Counted from the first letter of the stretch, positions 53,875-62,464 are shown. The stretch is DNA of 64,000 bases from Candidatus Nanosyncoccaceae bacterium (GCA_045546295.1 JAZQCP010000013.1:138152-202151); one strand, 5' to 3'. A program made the numbers and translations. Notes: a model not told the origin generated them from the sequence alone.

Positions 53875-55008
53875 CTAAAACTCTTTGTCTAGTAAGCCGA
53901 GGCCATAGCTCTTCACCTCGCCATTTACGGCATCGATCATCCAGTCAGCGACGCTTTTGTCGTTCTCTAGTTTTTCGACGAAGTTTGATGAAATGATCGT
54001 GTGCTGCGTGCCATTCCAATCGTCGTGAGTTCCGTACTCCCAAATATATATTCCGACTCCGTCAATCTTGTCTTGCAGATCTTTTACCATTTGCTTGAGG
54101 GTGATTTGGAATTTGTCACTGTTATCTTTTGACTGTTCCATTTTGCCGTTATCGATATAACCCTGGTATTGCTGGAGAGTATCGTCTCTAACTGAGCAAT
54201 CAAATAGTATTTTGACTTGATTGCCGCGCTTTTCGTGTAGTGCTACGAGACTATCTAGGACAATATTATTTCCAGTAAGACGATCGCCGATTTCTGTCGG
54301 GCTCTTCCAGAGTTCGGTTGCGGTTTTATGCCAGTCTTCATATATGAGAAGCGAGCTATCTACGGCGACAGTTACATTTTCGGTATTGGGGAAATAGTTG
54401 ATTACGTCGTCCGCAAGCAGAGATGTTGCGAAACCGCCCGCACTAAAGCCGGTTATGAGCAGAGATTCTACATCGTCGTAGCTAATATACTTTTTGACTT
54501 CGTTCATCAATAACGAATAATTATTATAGCCATTATGATAGACGACTTTTTCTTTTCCGTTTCCGTCGGTATATTTATATTCGCCAGTACCAGTATGGAA
54601 GTCGCCAGAGGCGTAAGGGGCTACTATTTTGGTCCAGTCTTTGAATGGGTTTTCTTCGGCATCGCTACCAATGCCGCCAAGCGCAACAAAGTCTTGCGCC
54701 GTCATGTTGGTCGCATAGAATTTGCTACCGCCTTCGGATGTTTCTGGCGTAATACTGACACCTCCACCAAAGAAATATACGACAACTTTATTCTTGTCTT
54801 TACCCAAATTGAAGAGTCCGTGCCAGCTGCTACCGTCTGAGGATTTTGCGTCTTGCGGTGTGATATCGTACCATTTTCCTGTTTCTGGATTTCCGGATAG
54901 CTCAGGATGCTTCATGAATATAGTTTTGTTGAGTAATATGAATAGCCCTATGCTGAGTACGATTAGTATGGCGAAGATTATTCCTAAAATTTTTGCGAGT
55001 TTTTTCAT
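53875..55008 (-). CDS. secreted/membrane-anchored alpha/beta hydrolase (pectin-acetylesterase-like)
   Basis: Start trimmed to MKKLAKILGIIFAILIV (ATGA overlap with the TetR stop at 55005-55008). GFSAGG nucleophile elbow and VVVYFFGGG oxyanion-type segment. Confidence 0.6.
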   Translation of the reverse strand: MKKLAKILGIIFAILIVLSIGLFILLNKTIFMKHPELSGNPETGKWYDITPQDAKSSDGSSWHGLFNLGKDKNKVVVYFFGGGVSITPETSEGGSKFYATNMTAQDFVALGGIGSDAEENPFKDWTKIVAPYASGDFHTGTGEYKYTDGNGKEKVVYHNGYNNYSLLMNEVKKYISYDDVESLLITGFSAGGFATSLLADDVINYFPNTENVTVAVDSSLLIYEDWHKTATELWKSPTEIGDRLTGNNIVLDSLVALHEKRGNQVKILFDCSVRDDTLQQYQGYIDNGKMEQSKDNSDKFQITLKQMVKDLQDKIDGVGIYIWEYGTHDDWNGTQHTIISSNFVEKLENDKSVADWMIDAVNGEVKSYGLGLLDKEF

Positions 55009-55529
55009 GATATATCCTTTTTGTTCCCTTTTGTTCTTATATTTAATTCGATAATCTTGTCTGCAATTTGATCTGGGGATTCTTGGCAGCCGCCGAGTAG
55101 CCAATGAAGATAAACGTTGAAGATGCCGCCGATGAGGTAATATGATTGATATTCGTCTTCGCCGGTATGGCTGTTGAGGTAGCTGTTATTGAATTCGTCG
55201 CGTAATATGTAGATCAAATTCGCGTCGCAAATTAATCTGGCTCTAACGCTAGTATCGTATAAGTGTTCAAATAACTTTATGAAGCAATCGCGACTACCGT
55301 ATGGTAAATTCTTAATGCCGGATTTGCTAAGGAATCGTTTCGTGACTTCGGACGTCCAGCGTTTCGCGATGTCTTCTTTGCTGAAAAAGTTTCGATAAAA
55401 AGAGGCGCGGCCTACTCCTGCATGTTGGACTATTTCTGAAATACTAATTTTCGTGAAATCTTTTCGTTGAAGCAATGCGAAAAAGCTATCCGTAATTAGT
55501 TCTGCGACGCCTTGATTTTTATTATTCAT
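55005..55529 (-). CDS. TetR/AcrR-family transcriptional regulator
   Basis: 174 aa with HTH ISISEIVQHAGVGRASFYRNF. Translationally coupled to the esterase gene. Confidence 0.85.
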   Translation of the reverse strand: MNNKNQGVAELITDSFFALLQRKDFTKISISEIVQHAGVGRASFYRNFFSKEDIAKRWTSEVTKRFLSKSGIKNLPYGSRDCFIKLFEHLYDTSVRARLICDANLIYILRDEFNNSYLNSHTGEDEYQSYYLIGGIFNVYLHWLLGGCQESPDQIADKIIELNIRTKGNKKDIS

Positions 55530-55738
55530 GAATTCACCTATCTGAGATAAAGAAATTCAGTTAGCATTAGTATAATGATACATTTGTCTCATAGCGGCGT
55601 CAATATGCGATTCGAGGCGCGTAGATATGCGGGCAGCCTGATTTCTAATTCGTTTTTAAGCTTCCTGATTCATAGATATTTTATCTGTGTGGACTTATAA
55701 TAATTAGCAAAGATAAGAATTAGACGGGGTGATAAATA

Positions 55739-56380
55739 ATGAAGGACGGAAAATATCCAGATCCGAATGTGGTGCATCCGATTGCGGGATATGATAAGGA
55801 AATCTACGTAAAGCCAACAATTAAAAACCCAAATATCGTGGTTGGCGATTTTACGTATATTGCGGATTCGGAATTCGAAAGTCATGTTACCCATCATTAC
55901 GAATGGAACGGCGATAAGCTGATTATTGGTAAGTTCTGCCAGATTGCGTCCGGTGTTGAATTTATCATGAATGGCGCGAATCATCAGACGAATGCCGTAT
56001 CGACATTCCCATTCTATACACTTGAAGGATGGGATATGGATCCGCCGAAGTTTTCCGATTTGCCACTCAAAGGTGATACGGTAATCGGAAATGATGTTTG
56101 GGTTGGCCAGAATGCAGTAATCCTTCCGGGCGTGCATATTGGCGATGGCGCTATTGTTGGCGCTAACTGTGTAGTTGGGAGTGACGTTGAGCCATATACG
56201 ATTGCAATCGGAAATCCATCGAGAGAACTTCGCAAACGCTTCGATGATGAATTAATTGATTTATTGCTGCAATTCAAGTGGTGGGATAAGAGTATTGAGG
56301 AAATTAATAACCTTATTCCATTGCTTACTAATAGTGATTTGAAACTCGTTAAAACCGAGCTTAAGAATCGTTTGAGTTAA
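55739..56380 (+). CDS. vat: Vat-family streptogramin A / xenobiotic O-acetyltransferase (hexapeptide repeat)
   Basis: 213 aa. The N-terminus (PDPNVVHPIAGYDKEIYVKPTIKNPNIVVGDFTY) and IMNGANHQTNAVSTFPF are Vat/CatB-like. Left-handed beta-helix repeats IGNDVWVGQNAVILPGVHIGDGAIVGANCVV. Confidence 0.8.
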   Translation: MKDGKYPDPNVVHPIAGYDKEIYVKPTIKNPNIVVGDFTYIADSEFESHVTHHYEWNGDKLIIGKFCQIASGVEFIMNGANHQTNAVSTFPFYTLEGWDMDPPKFSDLPLKGDTVIGNDVWVGQNAVILPGVHIGDGAIVGANCVVGSDVEPYTIAIGNPSRELRKRFDDELIDLLLQFKWWDKSIEEINNLIPLLTNSDLKLVKTELKNRLS

Positions 56381-56466
56381 GTCCATTCTATTTCTTCGGA
56401 TACTCCCAGCTCTTGCGGATATGGACATTGTTTTGGCCGTTTTTTTGTTGATTGGAATGCATTCAA

Positions 56467-56501
56467 TAAAAAAACAAGCCACGACTAGTTCGTGGCTTTT
56501 T
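56467..56501. terminator. bidirectional intrinsic terminator
   Basis: The 8-bp stem AGCCACGA/TCGTGGCT has a 5-nt loop and is flanked by an A-run and a T-run. Confidence 0.85.
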
Positions 56502-56549
56502 AATAGGGCTAGGGTCTACCATAATAATCAAAAGCGTGCGTCGAAACCA

Positions 56550-57068
56550 TTATTCAAGTTCCTGCAGGCTTTTAATAATTTTGCGACATTGTTCTGCCGC
56601 CTCCTTGCGGTACGGTCCGTTGCGATTGACGTCGGCATCGAATTCGTTCAGGCGTTTAATGATGCTATCTCTTACCTCGTCGGAGTCGGGTTCTTCCTCG
56701 GTATTAATAGTAGCTTCGCCGTGCCATGCGCATGACACTAGTGTCCCGAAACTGAGTGATAATGATCCCCAGAGTGCTATCCGATCCGTCTTTAGGTCGA
56801 CAACAAGGTAGATGAGTGGAGCTTGTTTGCGATCGTTAGATAACTTAAAGAACGCAATCCCGGTCACTTCCCCATGTTCGTCCCGGGCAAGGTGCCCGAA
56901 TAGATATCTGGTTTTGTCCGAAGAAATGCTACCATATAGCTCATCGCAATAGCCAGAAAATGACCCATCGTCTTCGACGATTATTTTTCCTTTGAAGGAA
57001 GGGTCCGGCTGCGACCATTCTCCGTTCTGCGTAAAGTTGCCCTCAATTGAAAAGATCTTGCTCATCAT
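56550..57068 (-). CDS. hypothetical cytoplasmic protein
   Basis: 172-aa ORF with GGAGGTGG RBS. No motif recognised. Confidence 0.6.
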   Translation of the reverse strand: MMSKIFSIEGNFTQNGEWSQPDPSFKGKIIVEDDGSFSGYCDELYGSISSDKTRYLFGHLARDEHGEVTGIAFFKLSNDRKQAPLIYLVVDLKTDRIALWGSLSLSFGTLVSCAWHGEATINTEEEPDSDEVRDSIIKRLNEFDADVNRNGPYRKEAAEQCRKIIKSLQELE

Positions 57069-57170
57069 GCGTTTACCACCTCCTTATAATTCATGAGCTC
57101 ATTATAGTTTTATAAGATTTTTCGCTATATGTCAATACGTCTATAGGAGGTGTCTGAGTAAAAAATAGTA

Positions 57171-57497
57171 TCAAGACGGGATTGGCGTAATGCCTTTAGC
57201 GATAAATACGACAGCTAGAATAATAGCTCCAATAATAAGGATTATGTTGGCGACTATATCAATGTAAATAACCCAGCGAAAGATGTCGGTAATAATACGT
57301 ACCCATGTTTTCTTGTGGGAAAGGCCCTTTTTGAATAGTTGATATTTGGTTGAAATAAATTTGGCTAATATGCCAACTAGCAGCCAGAAAATGCCATGAG
57401 CTAATGTAATGTAGGGGATATAAGGCAGTATGAGCGCAAATACCCCCACTGCTAAAACGATAGGCCAAAATATAGTTAGAAAGAATATAGCACCCAT
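57171..57497 (-). CDS. small membrane protein (3 TM)
   Basis: 108-aa hydrophobic ORF with AAGGA RBS. Confidence 0.6.
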   Translation of the reverse strand: MGAIFFLTIFWPIVLAVGVFALILPYIPYITLAHGIFWLLVGILAKFISTKYQLFKKGLSHKKTWVRIITDIFRWVIYIDIVANIILIIGAIILAVVFIAKGITPIPS

Positions 57498-57603
57498 AGA
57501 AATCCTTGTTTATTATTTTGTGGCGGCACGATAGAGCCGTTACTAGTTTTATTTAAGCATATTCGATATTACCATTCAATTACGTGAATAGGTGATTATT
57601 ATA

Positions 57604-59805
57604 TTATTCTGCTTCCACGTCTTCCAGTAGCCGTTCTCGGTCGGCGCCATGTGCCACTAATGTGTCAAAATGTTCTCGAATTTCGCTATTAGTCATATTA
57701 AAGACAATCCAGCCGATGTCTGCGCCATGCGCCGTAAGAGTGTCGAGATTTTTAATGATATCGCTTATATTCATTTCTATAATTAGGCGATTAGTATCGA
57801 CATTATGAGTAAGGAAGATGTCGAGGCATTCGGCTATTTCTTTAGGGTTGAGTTCGGGGGCGATACTGTTGACGTCGGCACCGAAGGTGAGTAGTTTGTC
57901 CAAGTTGTCAATTATATCCTTGGAGCTTGCGCCTGAGGCGATTTGATTGATATTAGCGCCGTAAGCCATGAGAGCGTCGAGGTAATGAACGGCGTCGTCG
58001 TCTAGCCGTGATACGAGTTGATTAATATTGGCACCATGGGCCATTAGGAAATCGAGGTTGTTGGCTACGTCTTTTGAGTCGAGGCGCGAGCAAAGCTGCT
58101 CAATAGTGGCGCCGCGGGCAATTAAATCGTCGAGGTTCTCGATAATATCTGTCGAGTCGAGATGGGGGTGAATTTGTTCAATAGTGGCGCCGCGGGCAAT
58201 TAAATCGTCGAGGTTCTCGATAATTTGATAAGAGTGAATTTTGCTGACGAGTTGATTTATGGTCGCATCGTGCGCAATGAGAGTATCGAGGTTTTCTACG
58301 ATATCATCTGAATAGAGCCAGTTGATGATTTGATTAATGCTGATATTGTGCCGGATAAGGCCGTCGATATTATTAATGATTTTGCTAGATTGCGTTTTGG
58401 CGGTAGTGTCGATATCTTCGCCATTTTGGAGCGGAATAGCTATTTCCTTCATGAAGACTATGCGTGGGTCGGTATTGTTATATGTGTCTAGTGTATGAAA
58501 ATCGCCATTGATGAAATCGATATCTTCTTGACTAAGGTCTTCTCCGCTCTGCCATTTGCGATCGATTGCGATTAAATGCTTTTTGTCCGCAAAAGCTTCT
58601 AAAAAATCTTCTCCGCCCGGAAACTCTTTCACTTTTTCTTCAACTATAGGCACTAATGAATCGTTTAGAGCTTGACCTTCTTGTAGGCCAGATATTTCGG
58701 CAACCTCTCCCTTCGTGTCCAAACGAATAGACGCGCAGGCGCTTGCTGAGGGGATTTCGGTTTTTGGATCCACGAGATGAAAGAGGACAAACTTTGCCTT
58801 GCTGTCCGCATCGGGATCGTTTTCGCCAAGATAATCTCCGTATTCTAAGTAGTTGCGTCCAACTGTGGGGCTGGCGATGCACCACGGTGTACCATCGGCG
58901 GCGACGGCTAGTTTTTCTTCGTCGCCCGGGTTATATTCAATCCACTCGCCATGTATATCTTTGGTTTCTTTCGGAACTTCAACAATGTTACGGTTTTCTA
59001 GGAGAAATTTTGAGTATAGTTTGTTAAAATTTCCACTTTTAACTAATGCTGACAATTCTGCGTCTTGGTTGTCATTTGCGTTATTTGGTTTGGAGTCGTA
59101 GAAATCTATAACGGCCTGAAAGACTTTGCCTAGCGATGCCTGGTCAAGGTGTGGATATGGGGCAACCGAAGCGGTATCTCGTTTGGCAAATTGTTTTCTT
59201 TTGCTATTAAAAACGCCCATTTTAGATACGCCGTCGAGTGCATATAGCTTAAACCAGGTAGGATATGGGCAAGATTCATTCTGGAGGTAGTCTAGCCATG
59301 ATTCGATCGATTCTCGCTGTCTTTCGGCAATGTCTTTTTGAAGCATTTCTTTTTCGAAATCGTCTAATTTTGTTAGTCTGCCGTCTTGATCTCTCATGAT
59401 TTGCTCTTGAGTCCGCCAATAACTTTCGGGAATATCTTTCATGGTCGCGATATGGATGCCGGATATTTTGGCGTCTGGACTGCCGTGGACGATTTCGTCC
59501 AAGATGGATTTTTCTACATCGTCGCCGCCCGCATCTACGGCTCGTTTAATAGCGTCTAAGTGCAAATATATTCTGCGTTCAGCGCCATTTATGGAGGATA
59601 GGTTTGGATCTTTCTCGTGTCTTTGTTTCGCAAAGGATGCTTCAGCTTCTCCTAGCTTTATGGGGATTTTGTCCTGGTATGCAATAGATTTCAGCAAGGC
59701 TGTACCGATTTTTTGTTGATTGTCGGCGCGTTGCTTGTTGTCGTCGCTTTCCGGAGAAGTGATTCTGCTAGATACTTCGCCTGGGGATTCGTAATTACGG
59801 CTCAT
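57604..59805 (-). CDS. large protein: unknown ~475-aa N-domain + ten tandem 26-aa repeats (LDxLIAHGAxINQL type)
   Basis: Start set at MSRNYESPGE. Leaderless-type start: TTGCAA-18-TATAAT with -10 at 59812-59817, 6 nt spacer, ATG at 59805. The C-terminal 258 aa form a regular 26-residue repeat. Confidence 0.7.
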   Translation of the reverse strand: MSRNYESPGEVSSRITSPESDDNKQRADNQQKIGTALLKSIAYQDKIPIKLGEAEASFAKQRHEKDPNLSSINGAERRIYLHLDAIKRAVDAGGDDVEKSILDEIVHGSPDAKISGIHIATMKDIPESYWRTQEQIMRDQDGRLTKLDDFEKEMLQKDIAERQRESIESWLDYLQNESCPYPTWFKLYALDGVSKMGVFNSKRKQFAKRDTASVAPYPHLDQASLGKVFQAVIDFYDSKPNNANDNQDAELSALVKSGNFNKLYSKFLLENRNIVEVPKETKDIHGEWIEYNPGDEEKLAVAADGTPWCIASPTVGRNYLEYGDYLGENDPDADSKAKFVLFHLVDPKTEIPSASACASIRLDTKGEVAEISGLQEGQALNDSLVPIVEEKVKEFPGGEDFLEAFADKKHLIAIDRKWQSGEDLSQEDIDFINGDFHTLDTYNNTDPRIVFMKEIAIPLQNGEDIDTTAKTQSSKIINNIDGLIRHNISINQIINWLYSDDIVENLDTLIAHDATINQLVSKIHSYQIIENLDDLIARGATIEQIHPHLDSTDIIENLDDLIARGATIEQLCSRLDSKDVANNLDFLMAHGANINQLVSRLDDDAVHYLDALMAYGANINQIASGASSKDIIDNLDKLLTFGADVNSIAPELNPKEIAECLDIFLTHNVDTNRLIIEMNISDIIKNLDTLTAHGADIGWIVFNMTNSEIREHFDTLVAHGADRERLLEDVEAE
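57607..58380 (-). repeat. coding tandem repeat array, 78-nt (26-aa) period, about 10 units
   Basis: The units read IVENLDTLIAHDATINQLVSKIHSYQ / IIENLDDLIARGATIEQIHPHLDSTD / IIENLDDLIARGATIEQLCSRLDSKD / VANNLDFLMAHGANINQLVSRLDDDA, and so on. Confidence 0.85.
58100..58224 (-). repeat. two identical 47-nt segments (58100-58146 and 58178-58224) within the repeat array
   Basis: TCAATAGTGGCGCCGCGGGCAATTAAATCGTCGAGGTTCTCGATAAT occurs twice, 78 nt apart. Confidence 0.9.
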
Positions 59806-59843
59806 GGTTATATTATAACTATTCCTCAGCTGTCGTTGCAATT

Positions 59844-60812
59844 TTATGGGGTTAGCACGTAGGTATAGTAGGCGGCGAAGATCATTACCATCATGATGCC
59901 TTCGACTCTAGTTAGTTTTTTACTGCTCCTGCTGCAGAGATAATACATAATAGCAGCGAACAGGACTACGAGTGTGTCAATAATATTGAATGCAGCGGAG
60001 GTGAAGCCGCCAAATATTAATGTTGGTAGGCCTAAAACAATACATATATTAAATATATTAGTACCAATAATATTGCCGACCGCGAGATCGTGCTCGCCTT
60101 TCTTTGAGGCATTTACGGTCATAATGAGTTCTGGCAGCGATGTTCCGATTACGATTATAGTCATAGAAATAATTTTTTGACTAATGCGTAATTCCTCCGC
60201 CAGATACACGGCGTTATCTACGGCAATGTCGCTAGCAAGCGCGATTAATAATAAAGTTATAACGATATATACAATAGAGCGGCCAAGTGTGTATTTGGCT
60301 TGACGTCGTCTATGGTGTTTTCGGCGCTGATGGTTTTTGTCGAAATGGACGGTAACGAAAATATACAGTAAAAAGAACGCAAACATAATCATGAGGATAA
60401 TGGCGTCAATTTGCGATAGCCCATTTATTGCTGCGCCGAATACGGTGTCGTTCAAAGAGACAAAGAAAGCCAAGGTAATAGCAGCTAAGATAGGAAGCTC
60501 ATTCTTTACCGTTTGCTCTTTGACGGAAATTGGTGAAATAATGGAGGCGATACCTACGACGAGTAGGATATTTACAACACTGGATCCGATAACGTTTGCT
60601 AGTGTCATATCGTAGTTTCCCGTTGCCATAGATTTGAAGGATATGGCTAACTCGGGCGCGCAAGTGCCAAAGGCAGCAACCGTGAGTGCAACAAGCATTT
60701 TAGGTACGCGCAAATGCGCAGCGAGTGAGCTGGCGGCATCCACAAAAACATCACTCGCTTTGACGAGTGTAATTAGCCCAATGGTAAGAAGAATGACGTA
60801 CTGAAATATCAT
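59844..60812 (-). CDS. Ca2+/Na+ antiporter (CaCA, YrbG-like)
   Basis: 322 aa with two alpha-repeat signatures, GTCAPEL and GTSLPEL, and about 10 TM segments. Confidence 0.9.
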   Translation of the reverse strand: MIFQYVILLTIGLITLVKASDVFVDAASSLAAHLRVPKMLVALTVAAFGTCAPELAISFKSMATGNYDMTLANVIGSSVVNILLVVGIASIISPISVKEQTVKNELPILAAITLAFFVSLNDTVFGAAINGLSQIDAIILMIMFAFFLLYIFVTVHFDKNHQRRKHHRRRQAKYTLGRSIVYIVITLLLIALASDIAVDNAVYLAEELRISQKIISMTIIVIGTSLPELIMTVNASKKGEHDLAVGNIIGTNIFNICIVLGLPTLIFGGFTSAAFNIIDTLVVLFAAIMYYLCSRSSKKLTRVEGIMMVMIFAAYYTYVLTP

Positions 60813-60877
60813 GTTTGTTTTTGGCTTGCGCTTATTATTAGATTATCACAAAAAGCAAAAGGTTGTACAATGTAGCT

Positions 60878-62146
60878 ATGATAGGTTTCGAGAATAAAAC
60901 TCGTATAGCAGTATTTCTATTAATTGGAGTAGCGGCTACGGCTTGTGCCACTTGCCTTATTCTGGCAGGCATCAAGCAGCAAGAGCAGAGCTCTACCACC
61001 TCAAACGCTAGCTCGTCCGAAGTGGAGCCAGAGCCAGAACCGGAGCCAGTTGTAACAAGCGCAAAGATGAAGATATTGCTTGCTGGTACGACCTTTTGGG
61101 GACGACGCACAAATCAATTGGCGCGCGCGTCGGAGTTGGGTGTAAAATATCCGTTTTCTAAGTTAGATACGCTGAAACCCGATAGCTATGACGCATGGAT
61201 CGCTGGGTTAGAATGTCCACTAGTGCAAAAAGAAAATAATGAACACAATTACGCCGAAGAAAACAACTCTTTTATTTTTAATTGTGACCCGGATTATTTG
61301 CCGGAAGCGAAGAAGTATTTTACGGCATTTTTGTTAGGCAATAACCACACGGATAACCAAGGTGGAGGGGTGGGTTTAACTGAAACGCGAAAACATTTGA
61401 GTGATGCTGGCATTCAATATTTTGGTACGCCGAAGTATTCTGGAGTCGTTCAGAGTGAACAAGCGCGCGATACGGCGGAGGCGGAAAATTGCGATATCGT
61501 AGTATTGCCAATAAATGTGACTTATGACAATAAAAAGACAAAGAAAATTCAAATGCCATTCGGCTTTTGCTCCGCGCACGGCGTGTTTGGCGTTCCCGGA
61601 AGCGATTATATTGATAATATGAAAAAATATGCGACATATGTGCCAACGATCGCAATGCCGCATATGGGTGCCGAGTATCAGCCGTCGCATGACGAGCTGC
61701 GTCAAAACTTATACCGCAGAATGATTGATTATGCAGGTGTTGAGTCAGTAATTGCCGATCACCCGCACTGGGTGCAAGATGCAGAGGCATATAATAATAA
61801 ATTGATTGTATATTCAATGGGTAACTTTATGTTCGATCAGTATAGTGGTGGTGAGTATTCACGTTCGGCGGCGATTGAGGCGAATGCAGACATTAATGTA
61901 AAGGATGTTGATTTTGATAAGTGGGATGATTTGGGAAAAGCCTGCCTAAAAGACAAGGCCTCCTGCTTGGAAAAAATTCAAAATGCAAAAATAGCAAGGT
62001 TGGCAGTCGATTGGAAATATGACTATCACGCAACCACGTCGGCAGGCGATTGTATCACGCGCATGGCGGATGCGAATGAGCAGAATGCCGTTGGTCAACG
62101 TCTACGTTGGTCGACAATTCCGGCTAGTCTCAAAGTTGAAAAATAA
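60878..62146 (+). CDS. CapA-family (PGA_cap metallophosphatase-like) membrane-anchored protein
   Basis: Start set at ATG 60878 (TACAAT at 60866-60871, then 6 nt). N-terminal TM segment and SSEVEPEPEPEP linker. LGNNHTDNQG and HMGAEYQ motifs are typical of CapA. Confidence 0.75.
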   Translation: MIGFENKTRIAVFLLIGVAATACATCLILAGIKQQEQSSTTSNASSSEVEPEPEPEPVVTSAKMKILLAGTTFWGRRTNQLARASELGVKYPFSKLDTLKPDSYDAWIAGLECPLVQKENNEHNYAEENNSFIFNCDPDYLPEAKKYFTAFLLGNNHTDNQGGGVGLTETRKHLSDAGIQYFGTPKYSGVVQSEQARDTAEAENCDIVVLPINVTYDNKKTKKIQMPFGFCSAHGVFGVPGSDYIDNMKKYATYVPTIAMPHMGAEYQPSHDELRQNLYRRMIDYAGVESVIADHPHWVQDAEAYNNKLIVYSMGNFMFDQYSGGEYSRSAAIEANADINVKDVDFDKWDDLGKACLKDKASCLEKIQNAKIARLAVDWKYDYHATTSAGDCITRMADANEQNAVGQRLRWSTIPASLKVEK

Positions 62147-62154
62147 CGAATATC

Positions 62155-62183
62155 TTGACAATTTTGCGTAGTTATGCTATAAT
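62155..62183 (+). promoter_or_regulatory. perfect consensus promoter TTGACA-17-TGcTATAAT
   Basis: -35 at 62155-62160, TG at 62175-62176, -10 at 62178-62183. Confidence 0.7.
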
Positions 62184-62231
62184 TAGAAGGTTGTTGTTTA
62201 AAATAATAGAGCTCGACTAGTAGGGGGTAAA

Positions 62232-62414
62232 ATGGAAAGAACAAAAGATATCTTCTTTCTGAAGAACGGGGCTATATACAGAGTCACGAAGAAGGGGCCT
62301 TTTCATATGTGGGGTGTTCGCGAAGCGGCAGACGAATCTGCAGCATACGAAGCAGTGAAGGCAAGAAACGCGCTTGGGCGCCTCTTCGATCGACTCGTTG
62401 CTCTTCTCTATTAA
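62232..62414 (+). CDS. small basic hypothetical protein (60 aa)
   Basis: GGGGGT RBS. Sits between a consensus promoter and a strong terminator. Product MERTKDIFFLKNGAIYRVTKKGPFHMWGV... Confidence 0.55.
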   Translation: MERTKDIFFLKNGAIYRVTKKGPFHMWGVREAADESAAYEAVKARNALGRLFDRLVALLY

Positions 62415-62433
62415 AGCATGCACATTTTTCAAT

Positions 62434-62464
62434 CCCTCCGGGTTTCTCCGGAGGGTGTTTTCTT
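62434..62464 (+). terminator. intrinsic terminator
   Basis: The 8-bp stem CCCTCCGG/CCGGAGGG has a 6-nt loop, followed by TGTTTTCTTT. It abuts the gatD stop. Confidence 0.8.

Noticed and set aside
55670-56137. 155-aa minus-strand ORF antisense to the vat-like gene; likewise 61320..61817 antisense to the capA-like gene
   Set aside because: The sense-strand proteins have strong family signatures, so these antisense frames are spurious.
53481-57500. Integrated mobile element or genomic island at tRNA-Ala with defined ends
   Set aside because: No integrase, recombinase, transposase or second distant att repeat is visible in the window. Only a 105-bp-spaced duplication and accessory-type genes are seen, so it is reported as a scar or islet rather than a mobile element.
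58100-58224. Identical 47-nt repeats 78 nt apart considered as a mini CRISPR or MITE
   Set aside because: They are in-frame units of a 26-aa protein repeat inside one long ORF. There is no spacer-like variability and no cas genes.
57607-58380. Calling the C-terminal repeats ankyrin repeats
   Set aside because: The period is 26 aa (78 nt), not 33 aa. Only the HGAxIN turn resembles ANK, so it is reported as an unclassified repeat instead.
15468-60877. N-terminal extensions in the ORF track (starts at 9836, 15468, 16396, 17356, 29575, 37466, 40138, 42533, 43463, 52540, 55104, 59841, 60863)
   Set aside because: Each has an internal ATG with either a well-spaced SD or a -10 element 6-9 nt upstream. 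The extension would overlap promoter or terminator sequence or add an implausible peptide, so the starts were trimmed.
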